Positions 38,305 through 47,307 of a DNA stretch of 64,000 nucleotides are shown in pieces. The first letter of the stretch is position 1; each line of letters starts with the position of its first letter. The notes beneath the pieces are model-generated. The model made no database searches, was not told the DNA's origin, and saw nothing but the letters and a program-made list of their open reading frames with translations. The position numbers were made by a program, and so were the translations under genes. The DNA comes from Calditrichales bacterium (GTDB taxonomy: Bacteria > Calditrichota > Calditrichia > Calditrichales > J004). The stretch spans positions 4,480,001 to 4,544,000 of the forward strand of contig OZ254086.1 in NCBI GenBank assembly GCA_965267575.1. The letters are read 5' to 3'.

Positions 38305-40653
38305 ATGTACAGCAAACTATTTTCAAAGCTTCTTTTAGCAGTATCGATTCTGTTAATGGCCGGCGGCGCGTTTGGCGCGGAAGGCGTGATCGAAGGGCGG
38401 GTTATAGATGCCAGCACCAAGGAGCCGCTGCCCGGAGCCAACGTGGTGATTGCCGGAACGACCATTGGCGATGCCACCGATGAAACCGGCTATTTCCGCA
38501 TCGAAAACGTACCCGCCGGAACACAGCGCCTGCAGGTCTTCTTTGTGGGCTACAAGGAGAAGATCATCAGCGATGTGCTGGTGACAGCCGCCAAAACCAT
38601 GGTGATGGACATAACGCTGCAGCCGCAGGCCTTTGAAGGCGAAGAGATCGTCGTCTCGGCCGGCTACTTTGGAAACGAGGAGAGCAAGCCGCGCCCCAGC
38701 CTGTTGAGCCTCAGCCGCGAAGAGATCCGCCGTTTCCCCGGTGGTTTTGAAGATGTGGTACGCACGGTTTCCACTTTGCCCGGTGTGGCCATTAATACCG
38801 CCGGCGGCCGCAATGACCTCCTTGTGCGCGGTGGCGGCCCCTCGGAAAACCTCTACATCGTCAACAACATCGCCGTGCCCAACATCAATCATTTTGGCAC
38901 GCAGGGTACAAGCAGCGGCTCGCTCAGTTTTATCAATCTCGATTTTGTGCAGAACGTTGATTTTTCCACGGGAGGTTTCCCGGCGCGCTACGGTGACAAG
39001 ATGTCTTCCGTGCTGACGCTGGAACTGGCCGAGGGCCGCAGCGACCGTTTTGGCGGCAAGGCGCTGGTTTCGGCCACGCAGTTTGGCCTTAACCTGGAAG
39101 GACCCATGGTGGGCGACGGCAGCTTCATTTTCTCCGCGCGCCAAAGTTACCTGGACCTGATCTTTAAAGCGGCGGGGCTGCCCTTTATCCCCACTTACAC
39201 CGATTTCAATTTCCTGGGCACCTGGCGCATGGAAAACGGCGACAAGCTGACCGTGCTGGGGCTGGCCGCGCTGGACCGTGTGGAGCGTGACCAGAGCAGC
39301 CTGGAAAACCGCACCACCAACGCCGGCATCCTTGATAACACGCAAAACCAGCTCATCAGCGGCATCGATTACAGGCACCTCTATAAAAGCGGCTACTTCG
39401 ACCTGACGATGAACCTGAACGCCAACCAGTACCGTTTCGAGCAGGTGGATGAAAACGAAGAGACCTGGTTTGAAAGCGAAGCCGACGAATACGAAGTAGG
39501 TCTGAAGCTACAGAACTATTACGCCATCGACCGCCGCCTGGGCTTGTACAGCGGCGTGGTTTATAAAAACGTCTCCTACAGCAACGAAATCTTTTTTGCC
39601 GACACCGTCTATGACCGCAGCGGCAACCGTGTTCCGCGCAGCAGCATCGGCGCCCCGGGCATCACCAACGTGGATGTTTCCAGCGCCAAGTACGCCGCTT
39701 TCCTGGAAACCGAGTGGCAGCCTTACTCCGGCGTGGTGATCAACGGCGGGCTGCGCGCCGACTACTTCGAATTCCTCGATGAACCGACCTACATCGCGCC
39801 GCGGCTTTCGGCCAAATGGAACCTGACTTCCAAGTGGGCGGTCAGCGCCAGCGCCGGCATCTACTACCAGTCGCCCTCCTACGTCTGGGTGAGCAACCCG
39901 GCCAACCGCGACCTGAAGGCGCTGCAAAATCAAATGGCCGTACTGGGCCTCAGCTACCTGTGGCGTGAAGACACCCGCGTCACCCTGGAAACCTTCTACA
40001 AGCAGTACAGCGATCTGCCCACGGGCACCATACCCGGCGTGAGCGACTACCTGGTGATCACCAACACCGGCACGGGCTTTGGCGGGCGCGAAGATGACTT
40101 CCAGAGCTTTGGCTACTTCCCGCTTGTGAGCGAGGGCAGTGGCCGCGCCTGGGGCTGGGAGTTCCTGCTGCAGAAGCGCGCCTCGGAGATACCGCTTTAC
40201 GGCCAATTCAGCTTCAGTTGGGGCAAGGCCCTGTTCGAAGCCGGCAACGGACGCGAGTACCCGGGCCAATACGATCAGCGCTACATAATGAACCTGGCCG
40301 GCGGCTACATTTTTAGCCCCAAATGGGAAACCAGCGCCAAGCTGCGCGTCTTCAGCGGGATTCCTTACACGCCGGTCTACAGGCCTTCGGAAAACCCGGT
40401 AACGGTGGGCGAAATCCAGAACCTGCCGGAGGAATATTTGTCGGAGCGGCTGGATGCTTCGTGGACGCTGGACCTGCGCGTGGACCGCACTTTTTTGTTT
40501 GAGCGTTACACCATCATCGCCTTTATCGATATCCAGAATGTGTTTGACGTGAAGGTGCCGCAGCGGCCCAATTACGATTTTTTTGAAGACGAGATCACGA
40601 CAACATCGTCGATTGGCGTCTTGCCGTCAATCGGTATAAGTTTTGAGTTTTAA
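38305..40653 (+). CDS. TonB-dependent receptor within the carotenoid operon
   Basis: Signal peptide from ATG 38305; CarboxypepD-like domain; LPGV..RNDLLVRGG plug; GGFPARYG; C-terminal PSIGISFEF. Confidence 0.9.
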   Translation: MYSKLFSKLLLAVSILLMAGGAFGAEGVIEGRVIDASTKEPLPGANVVIAGTTIGDATDETGYFRIENVPAGTQRLQVFFVGYKEKIISDVLVTAAKTMVMDITLQPQAFEGEEIVVSAGYFGNEESKPRPSLLSLSREEIRRFPGGFEDVVRTVSTLPGVAINTAGGRNDLLVRGGGPSENLYIVNNIAVPNINHFGTQGTSSGSLSFINLDFVQNVDFSTGGFPARYGDKMSSVLTLELAEGRSDRFGGKALVSATQFGLNLEGPMVGDGSFIFSARQSYLDLIFKAAGLPFIPTYTDFNFLGTWRMENGDKLTVLGLAALDRVERDQSSLENRTTNAGILDNTQNQLISGIDYRHLYKSGYFDLTMNLNANQYRFEQVDENEETWFESEADEYEVGLKLQNYYAIDRRLGLYSGVVYKNVSYSNEIFFADTVYDRSGNRVPRSSIGAPGITNVDVSSAKYAAFLETEWQPYSGVVINGGLRADYFEFLDEPTYIAPRLSAKWNLTSKWAVSASAGIYYQSPSYVWVSNPANRDLKALQNQMAVLGLSYLWREDTRVTLETFYKQYSDLPTGTIPGVSDYLVITNTGTGFGGREDDFQSFGYFPLVSEGSGRAWGWEFLLQKRASEIPLYGQFSFSWGKALFEAGNGREYPGQYDQRYIMNLAGGYIFSPKWETSAKLRVFSGIPYTPVYRPSENPVTVGEIQNLPEEYLSERLDASWTLDLRVDRTFLFERYTIIAFIDIQNVFDVKVPQRPNYDFFEDEITTTSSIGVLPSIGISFEF

Positions 40654-41363
40654 TGATGAACGGGAGTATTTCCATTAAACGATCGCTTAGTCCCACAACG
40701 CTAAAACGGACGGTACTTTATATTGTGCTGCTCGGTGGCGGGCTGTGGCACATCCTGGGCTATTTCCAGACCATCATGAACAGCGCCGCCGGTCCGCTGA
40801 TGGCTGTGCTGGCGTTGTGGCTGCTGTATGAGCAAAGCCTGCTCGCGGGCTGGTCGGCGACAGCCCTAAAGCGCCTGGCTGTCTGGGCGGTCATCGTTTT
40901 CAGCGGCTCGCTGCTGGTGGAGCATTGGGGCGTGGCCACGGGCCTGATCTTTGGAACCTACAGCTACGGCGCCGGGCTGGGCGCGCGCGTGGGGCATGTA
41001 CCCTGGGCCATCGGCTTTGCCTGGATCAACATGCTGCTGGCATCGGCGGCCATGACGCAGCGTTTTTTCCCGGGAGCATTCCGCGCTATCCTTGCCGGCG
41101 CGCTGATCGTGGCCGGTTTTATGACGCTGTTTGACCTGTTTATGGAACCGGCGGCCATGGCGCTGGATTACTGGCAATGGGAGAACGGCATCATACCGCT
41201 GCAGAATTACGCGGCCTGGTTTGTGCTGGGTTTTATCTTTGCCCTGGCCGCCATGAAGCTGAAGATCTGGCAAAACGGTGCATCCGCCTTTGGCCTGCAC
41301 GCCTACATCGCCCAACTGCTCTATTTTTTGATGGTAAGCGCGGGAGGCTGGTTTGCAGTATAA
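40653..41363 (+). CDS. cruF: Carotenoid 1,2-hydratase CruF family membrane protein
   Basis: E..GV.TG.IFGTYSY, VPWAIGFAW, DLFMEP.A, YWQW, PLQNY..W. Confidence 0.82.
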   Translation: MMNGSISIKRSLSPTTLKRTVLYIVLLGGGLWHILGYFQTIMNSAAGPLMAVLALWLLYEQSLLAGWSATALKRLAVWAVIVFSGSLLVEHWGVATGLIFGTYSYGAGLGARVGHVPWAIGFAWINMLLASAAMTQRFFPGAFRAILAGALIVAGFMTLFDLFMEPAAMALDYWQWENGIIPLQNYAAWFVLGFIFALAAMKLKIWQNGASAFGLHAYIAQLLYFLMVSAGGWFAV

Positions 41364-42075
41364 GCCGACGGCACAAGACGGCTACCGTGGCATAACCGCC
41401 GCGCTGATTATCCTGCTGCTTTGGTCCGGCTCGCTGTTTTTCTGGCTGAGTCGTCCGGCGGATGGAATCGGCTGGTGGAGCGCCCTTGTTTTAATCGGAC
41501 ACACCTTCTTATATACCGGCCTGTTCATCACCGCCCACGATGCCATGCACGGCGTGGTCTTCCCGCAGAATAAAAAGATCAACAATGCCATCGGTTCGTT
41601 GGCGGTGTGGCTCTATGCCCTGTTCTCCTTTAAAAAGCTGCACAAAAAACACTGGGCCCACCACGATCATCCCGCGTCGCAGGACGACCCCGATTTCCAC
41701 GACGGCGAGCATAAAGGTTTTTGGGCCTGGTACCTGCATTTCCTGCTGGGTTATGTGAGCTGGCCGCAACTTTTGGGCATGGCCGTCATCTTTAACGCGC
41801 TTGAACACCTGGCCGGCGTGCCGCTGAGCCACCTGCTGCTCTACTGGCTGATCCCCAACCTGCTGAGCACGCTGCAGTTGTTTTATTTTGGCACCTACCT
41901 GCCGCACCGCGAAGAAGAGGCCGGTTACCGTGATGCCCACAACGCCCGCAGCAACGCCTACCCCGTTTGGCTCTCCTTCCTTACCTGCTACCATTTTGGC
42001 TACCACTGGGAGCACCACCAATTCCCCTGGGTCCCCTGGTGGAAACTGCCGGCTGTTCGGCGGGAAGTGGGCTAA
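41353..42075 (+). CDS. crtW: Beta-carotene ketolase
   Basis: TGLFITAHDAMHG, HWAHH, DPDFH, QLFYFGTYLPH, TCYHFGYHWEHH; TTG start with ggagg RBS. Confidence 0.9.
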   Translation: MQYKPTAQDGYRGITAALIILLLWSGSLFFWLSRPADGIGWWSALVLIGHTFLYTGLFITAHDAMHGVVFPQNKKINNAIGSLAVWLYALFSFKKLHKKHWAHHDHPASQDDPDFHDGEHKGFWAWYLHFLLGYVSWPQLLGMAVIFNALEHLAGVPLSHLLLYWLIPNLLSTLQLFYFGTYLPHREEEAGYRDAHNARSNAYPVWLSFLTCYHFGYHWEHHQFPWVPWWKLPAVRREVG

Positions 42076-42181
42076 GCCACGATTCTGCTAAATACCTTTT
42101 CTGAAACCGTATTACGTTATATATTTATTAGAAAGAAATTGCCGTTTACGCAGAGCACCCCCTTTACTATAAAGGTATACT

Positions 42182-43384
42182 ATGCGCAAAAGCCCCGATA
42201 AGGAATTCGAACAAAGTATTTTTCAAATTTATTTATCGTCATATAAAAAATTTAAATATTGGTTTGCCGTTTTTTATTTTCTGGTTATAGTTTTTTATCT
42301 GGTACTTTATAATGAAGCAATGAGTGAGGCCCATAAATCTAAGGAAATGGACGCGTTTTTAGAAAGAAGGGATTTTTATGACTTTATACTCAACCCTGAA
42401 GAAAAAATAACCCTTGAGAACATACAAAATAATATTCTAAAAAAATTAAACAGAAAAAATATTGAAAATGGAAACTGGCTGAAAGGGACACAGCAGAGTC
42501 AAGCCTTTCAATTAAAAGCTCAGACTATGGCGGCTGATACAATAAACTTATATTCTGATAATAACTTTAAAGGCTCAATTGATAACTTTAAAAATGATTA
42601 TTTGTATAACGATTCTCTTAAAGTAATAGATACTATAGCACATTATGACAGCTTGATTAATCTTGATACGTTGCTTTATGGTATGTTATGGGAAAAGCGG
42701 CAACCATACCGAAATGATATAAAGTCAAAATTCAGAGCATCCATTAATAAAAACCAAGATCAAGAAATTAAATCGGTTTTGCCAATAGATGACATCTCAA
42801 ATTACATCTACAATAAAGCGTTGCTTTCTGATACAGGCTTAACTGAAATGTCAGTTATGGAAATCAGAAAAAAGGCGCAAGAAATTACATCGAAGGTCAA
42901 AAATTATGAAAAGGAAGATATAATAAATCCGCAAAATTTTACAGTGCCACTAAGTCTAGAAATGTTAGAAAACTACCTACTATTCATACTCGTAATAATT
43001 GCACTATTTCTCCAATTTCATTTTATTAATTATAAGTTCTATGAAAACTTATTTAATGATAATCAACAAAAACTAATACGGGTACCTGCTTTAACTAACA
43101 TAATCGATAATTTAAAACTTCCTGGTTTATCAGCACGTCTGGTTCTTATGTTAATACAAGGTCTATCATACTTTTTTAATCTTTTTGCTCCAATAGCGGC
43201 CATATATGTAATAGCCTCGAGACTTCTATATATTTTAGATACTTATACTTTGTTTGCAATCGCAGCAATAATATATGCGATTGGGTTTTTATCGTTAACA
43301 ATATATATTTGGAGAGAGTTTAATCTAACGGAAACAATACAATCTACGTTCAAAAAATTACACGATGTATTTGGCGATTCTTAA
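42182..43384 (+). CDS. AT-rich hypothetical membrane protein
   Basis: N-terminal TM, large soluble domain, three C-terminal TMs. Confidence 0.7.
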   Translation: MRKSPDKEFEQSIFQIYLSSYKKFKYWFAVFYFLVIVFYLVLYNEAMSEAHKSKEMDAFLERRDFYDFILNPEEKITLENIQNNILKKLNRKNIENGNWLKGTQQSQAFQLKAQTMAADTINLYSDNNFKGSIDNFKNDYLYNDSLKVIDTIAHYDSLINLDTLLYGMLWEKRQPYRNDIKSKFRASINKNQDQEIKSVLPIDDISNYIYNKALLSDTGLTEMSVMEIRKKAQEITSKVKNYEKEDIINPQNFTVPLSLEMLENYLLFILVIIALFLQFHFINYKFYENLFNDNQQKLIRVPALTNIIDNLKLPGLSARLVLMLIQGLSYFFNLFAPIAAIYVIASRLLYILDTYTLFAIAAIIYAIGFLSLTIYIWREFNLTETIQSTFKKLHDVFGDS

Positions 43385-43454
43385 ATGGTGGTGTTTTTTT
43401 ATTGGTTCTTATGAAGTATAGCATGTTATGAAATCGTGTAACATATTGCTCTAC

Positions 43455-43575
43455 CTATGGTTAACATATTTCAAGCGTTCAAAAATTTTTGAAGCTAAAT
43501 TTCGTCATTTGATCAAATGTTTTTCTTTAGATCTGACAGCTACCGAAACAGCGCGTTTAAGTACTCTTTCGTTGC
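43455..43575 (+). pseudogene. IS1595-family transposase N-terminal remnant
   Basis: YFKRSKIFEAKFRHLIKCFSLDLTATETARL resembles IS1595 transposase N-termini; no DDE domain follows. Confidence 0.6.
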
Positions 43576-43631
43576 CAGCACGAAATTCTGAAATTTGGTC
43601 TATTAATATTTTTTGAAATATAAGGATTGGA

Positions 43632-45587
43632 ATGGAAAACTTGACAGGCGATCCACTAGCAGCTAAGGTTGCAGCCAACATTCTTACTGAAATATTTAAG
43701 TCTTGTTTTAAAGGGTTTCAGAAAAGCACAGATTGGTTTGGAGATAAAATGACGGAGCATGACTTTTTTGGGAGAGCAGCCAAAAAATATGCTCAAAAAT
43801 TTGAAGAAAGGTATAACTTCATACGTGTTCTAGGAATGAACGAACCGGTACCTTTAAGAGACATTTATGTGAGAGTGAACATCTTAGATAAGATTACTTC
43901 AAACAAAAGAATTACACTCGATAATTTGGAACAAATGTACGATAGAGATCAGAGGAGTATTGGATTCACTCAAAAGTCAATATCAGGCACATCAGCTGCT
44001 AATGAACTATCAAAGTTTATTGTCTTGGGAAAACCTGGTGCGGGAAAATCTACGTACTTAAAGTATTTAGCTTTATATACGTTAGATGGTAAATCTAGAA
44101 ATAAGCATATTCCAATTCTTGTTGTGCTAAAAGACTTCTCTGACTCAGGCAAGACTTTATTTAATTACATTGTTGAGCAATTTGACATATGCAATTTTCC
44201 GGAAGCTGATATGTTTGTTAAAAGAATCCTAGAAAATGGAAAATGCCAATTGCTTCTTGATGGCTTAGATGAAGTGAGTAGTAAAAAACAGGAAAAAATA
44301 ATACGAGAAATTAATAATTTTACTGACAAATACAGTAAAAACTATTTTATTATAAGCTGTAGAATTGCAGCGTATAATCATTGGTTTACTAAGTATACGG
44401 ATGTAGAATTAGCTGATTTTGATAAAAAGCAAATCGAAACTTTTATATTTAATTGGTTTAAAGATAATGTAGAAACCGCAGCGGTGTGTTGGGAAAGTAT
44501 AAAAAAAGATAGACCAATACTTGAGTTAGCCTCGATACCACTTCTTCTTACATTATTGTGCTTAGCATTTGAACAAACCTTGGAATTCCCAAAAAATAGA
44601 GCTGAGCTCTATAAAGAAGCTCTCGATGCCTTATTGAAGAAATGGGACTCAAGTAGATATATCAAAAGAGATCAAATCTACCAGGATTTGTCTTTGAAGC
44701 GAAAAGAATCACTTTTTAGTAGGATTGCTGAAAAAACTTTCAAGGAAAATAAGTATTTCCTGCCAAAACGATATTTAGAGAATCAAATATCTAATTTTAT
44801 CATAAACATCCCAACTGCTAATGCAAGTTCTTTGGATATCGAAAGTGAAGTAATACTAAAAGCAATTGAGGCCCAGCACGGTATCTTTGTTGAGCGAGCA
44901 AAAAATATTTTTTCTTTTTCACATTTAACTTTTCAAGAATATTATACGGCTAAATATATAGTTGACAATCTAAACAAAAAACCATTAAAAAATATTGTTA
45001 CTAAATATTTAACTAACGACAGGTGGAGAGAAGTATTTTTATTAATAGCTGGTATGTTGGATGAAGCCGATGATTTTATTCTACTAGTATCAAAGCAAAT
45101 TAATAATATTATCAAAGAAGATGAGTTACTAGCCCTAATGCGAGAATTGAATCGGATACATCTTAAACCTACACCATATCCTGCCGCCTTAATGAAGGCT
45201 ATGATAATATATAATAGTTTAACTAAAGGAGGATCTGGAATTCGAATTACAGATGATGTAGTGGATTATGACCCAGAATTACAATTTTCACGGGAAATAG
45301 TATTAAAACTATTTAAGTGTTCGAACTATATAGTGTCTGAATCTGATTCTACTTTAAATGATCAGACGCGTTCAAAAATGAGAAATCTTAAACGATCAAT
45401 AAAACGTGTGAAATCTAATTCTGAACATTTAGATTTAGACTCTGAAATGGTTATATCAAATATACGCTCATATAAATTGAAAGATTTTTTCAAAGCAACT
45501 ATCCTACTTATAGATTGTTTGTCATCAGAAATATATATAAATAAAAAAAATAGAGAAGACACATTAAATCTTCTCTGGAAGATATAA
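43632..45587 (+). CDS. NACHT-domain STAND NTPase
   Basis: Walker A GKPGAGKST, Walker B LLLDGLDE, ISCR, PLLL, FSHLTFQEY, RWREV. Confidence 0.92.
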   Translation: MENLTGDPLAAKVAANILTEIFKSCFKGFQKSTDWFGDKMTEHDFFGRAAKKYAQKFEERYNFIRVLGMNEPVPLRDIYVRVNILDKITSNKRITLDNLEQMYDRDQRSIGFTQKSISGTSAANELSKFIVLGKPGAGKSTYLKYLALYTLDGKSRNKHIPILVVLKDFSDSGKTLFNYIVEQFDICNFPEADMFVKRILENGKCQLLLDGLDEVSSKKQEKIIREINNFTDKYSKNYFIISCRIAAYNHWFTKYTDVELADFDKKQIETFIFNWFKDNVETAAVCWESIKKDRPILELASIPLLLTLLCLAFEQTLEFPKNRAELYKEALDALLKKWDSSRYIKRDQIYQDLSLKRKESLFSRIAEKTFKENKYFLPKRYLENQISNFIINIPTANASSLDIESEVILKAIEAQHGIFVERAKNIFSFSHLTFQEYYTAKYIVDNLNKKPLKNIVTKYLTNDRWREVFLLIAGMLDEADDFILLVSKQINNIIKEDELLALMRELNRIHLKPTPYPAALMKAMIIYNSLTKGGSGIRITDDVVDYDPELQFSREIVLKLFKCSNYIVSESDSTLNDQTRSKMRNLKRSIKRVKSNSEHLDLDSEMVISNIRSYKLKDFFKATILLIDCLSSEIYINKKNREDTLNLLWKI

Positions 45588-45616
45588 TCTTTTTTACGTT
45601 ACTATTAAATAATCTA

Positions 45617-46133
45617 ATGCATAAACCATTAAAGAAATTCATTTCCATTCTCCTCATCACCCTCCCCGCAGCCCTGTTTGCCCAAAATGCCGCGGCACCG
45701 GGCCCGGCAGGCTGTGCGCAAGAGCGCACCCGCATCTCAGCGGCGGGCTGGCGGCACTGCAAAAAGGGTCGCACCTGTTTTCGGCGCGTATCCAAACCCA
45801 CTTTGAGTTTGGCCCGGAGACACCGGCCGGTAATGACACAGAGTACGCTTTGACCTACTGCTATAGCTATCGTCCCTTTGACTCGAAGACACTGTTTAAG
45901 GGGCCGGCGCGGGCATCGGGCTGGTGCACATTACCGAGCGCTACGCATACATTTCGGAAGAGTTAAAAGAACGCGTGCAATCCGGCAAACTGTTCATCCC
46001 GCTGGAGCTCACCATCGGCTTTCTCTACCCGGACGATGCTCTGCGCCTGCTGCAGCTTACCCTGTACCGCAACTACAACTCCGTCATCGATTACTACGGC
46101 TGGCGGCTGGGGTTTAATTTTAAGCTGCTTTAG
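45617..46133 (+). pseudogene. Decayed secreted/outer-membrane protein gene
   Basis: Signal peptide in one frame (…ALFAQ) and a barrel-like C-terminus YYGWRLGFNFKLL in another; frames broken in between. Confidence 0.5.
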
Positions 46134-46140
46134 CCGCTAC

Positions 46141-46661
46141 TGTCATTTCGAATCCCTGAAAGGGGTGAGAAATCCAGGATGAAGCTTTTGTCCTTCCTTG
46201 CCCTTTTATGTCAACGCACACTCACGGATTTCTCGCTATCGCTTCGAAATGACACCTTGCGGGAAAACTCCCGGTATCACCCACAAAACACCAACCCTGT
46301 CATTTCGAATCCCCAAAGGGGTGAGAAATCCAGGATGAAGCTTTTGCCCTTCCTTGCACTTTTATCTCAACGCACACTCCCGGATTTCTCGCTATCGCTT
46401 CGAAATGACATTTCTGGGCAAGCCCCACCCGTAAAAGCCAAGAAACACCCACCCTGTCATTTCGAATCCCCGAATAGGGGTGAGAAATCTCGGAGGCTCA
46501 CGTTCCTAGATTTCTCACTACCACTTCGAAATGACAATCGCAGGGGGAAACTCCCGGTACAAACCACAATACCACCCACCCTGTCATTTCGAATCCCCAA
46601 AGGGGTGAGAAGTCTCGGAGGCTCACGTTCCCAGATTTCTCGCTCTCGCTTCGAAATGACA
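46141..46661 (+). repeat. Palindromic repeat array, units 1-4
   Basis: Units at 46141-46254, 46298-46410, 46455-46536, 46582-46661: TGTCATTTCGAATCCC-loop-GGGGTGAGAAATC ... GATTTCTCGCTATCGCTTCGAAATGACA. Confidence 0.95.
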
Positions 46662-46708
46662 ATTCGAGAGCCTGTTGCTTAACAAGCATCATTACTTTAT
46701 TCTACGGC

Positions 46709-46996
46709 ATGAAATCCCATTACTACTTCGTCTACATCATGGTCAACCGCAACAATAAAGTCATGTACGTGGGCATGACAAACGATCTCTATCGGCGGGT
46801 ACAGGAGCATAAAACCGGGCAGCGCGCGGGGTTTACAAAAAACTACCACGTCGATAAGCTCGTTTATTATGAAACCTTCCAGGATGTAAACCTCGCAATT
46901 GCACGGGAAAAAGAAATCAAAAAATGGCGGCGAGAAAAGAAGGATAAGCTGGTTGAAAAAAACAACCCCAACTGGAATGAACTGCGTCTAACCTGA
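46709..46996 (+). CDS. Stand-alone GIY-YIG nuclease (YhbQ/UPF0213-like)
   Basis: VYIM...YVGMTNDL.RRV.EH, LVYYE, AIAREK.IKKW.R.KK, NP.W. Confidence 0.95.
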   Translation: MKSHYYFVYIMVNRNNKVMYVGMTNDLYRRVQEHKTGQRAGFTKNYHVDKLVYYETFQDVNLAIAREKEIKKWRREKKDKLVEKNNPNWNELRLT

Positions 46997-47014
46997 ACAC
47001 AAAAACAACTAATC

Positions 47015-47300
47015 TGTCATTTCGAATCCCCGGCAGGGGTGAGAAATCCAGGATACAGCACACACCCAGATTTCTCGCTATCGCTTCGAAATGACACATT
47101 GCGGGAAACATCCCGGTATCACCCACAAAACACCCAACCCTGTCATTTCGAATCTCCAAGGGGGTGAGAAATCTCGGAGGCGCACATTCCCGGATTTCTC
47201 GCTATCGCTTCGAAATGACAACTTGCGGGGAATATCCCGGCACTAACCACAAAACACCCACCCTGCCCGTTCACATCCCCGACAGGGTGAGAAATCCAGG
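47015..47300 (+). repeat. Palindromic repeat array, units 5, 6 and half-unit 7
   Basis: Units at 47015-47096 and 47141-47220; degenerate left arm only at about 47264-47300. Confidence 0.95.
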
Positions 47301-47307
47301 TGGTTTC

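Noticed and set aside
33931..40269. Long antisense ORFs (33931-35013, 38353-39378, 39508-40269)
   Set aside because: Shadow frames of GC-rich crtI and TonB receptor genes with no recognisable motifs.
43428..43616. Active IS element
   Set aside because: Only ~40 codons of transposase-like sequence, with no catalytic domain or paired terminal repeats.
46179..46692. ORFs 46179-46682 and 46498-46692 (also 46917-47159, 49646-49906, 49677-49952)
   Set aside because: Translations of the palindromic repeats (CHFE, FEMT, LRND), not credible proteins.
46141..47300. CRISPR array
   Set aside because: Two alternating complementary arms, inserts that recur in classes rather than being unique, unit lengths of 80-115 bp, and no cas genes in the window.
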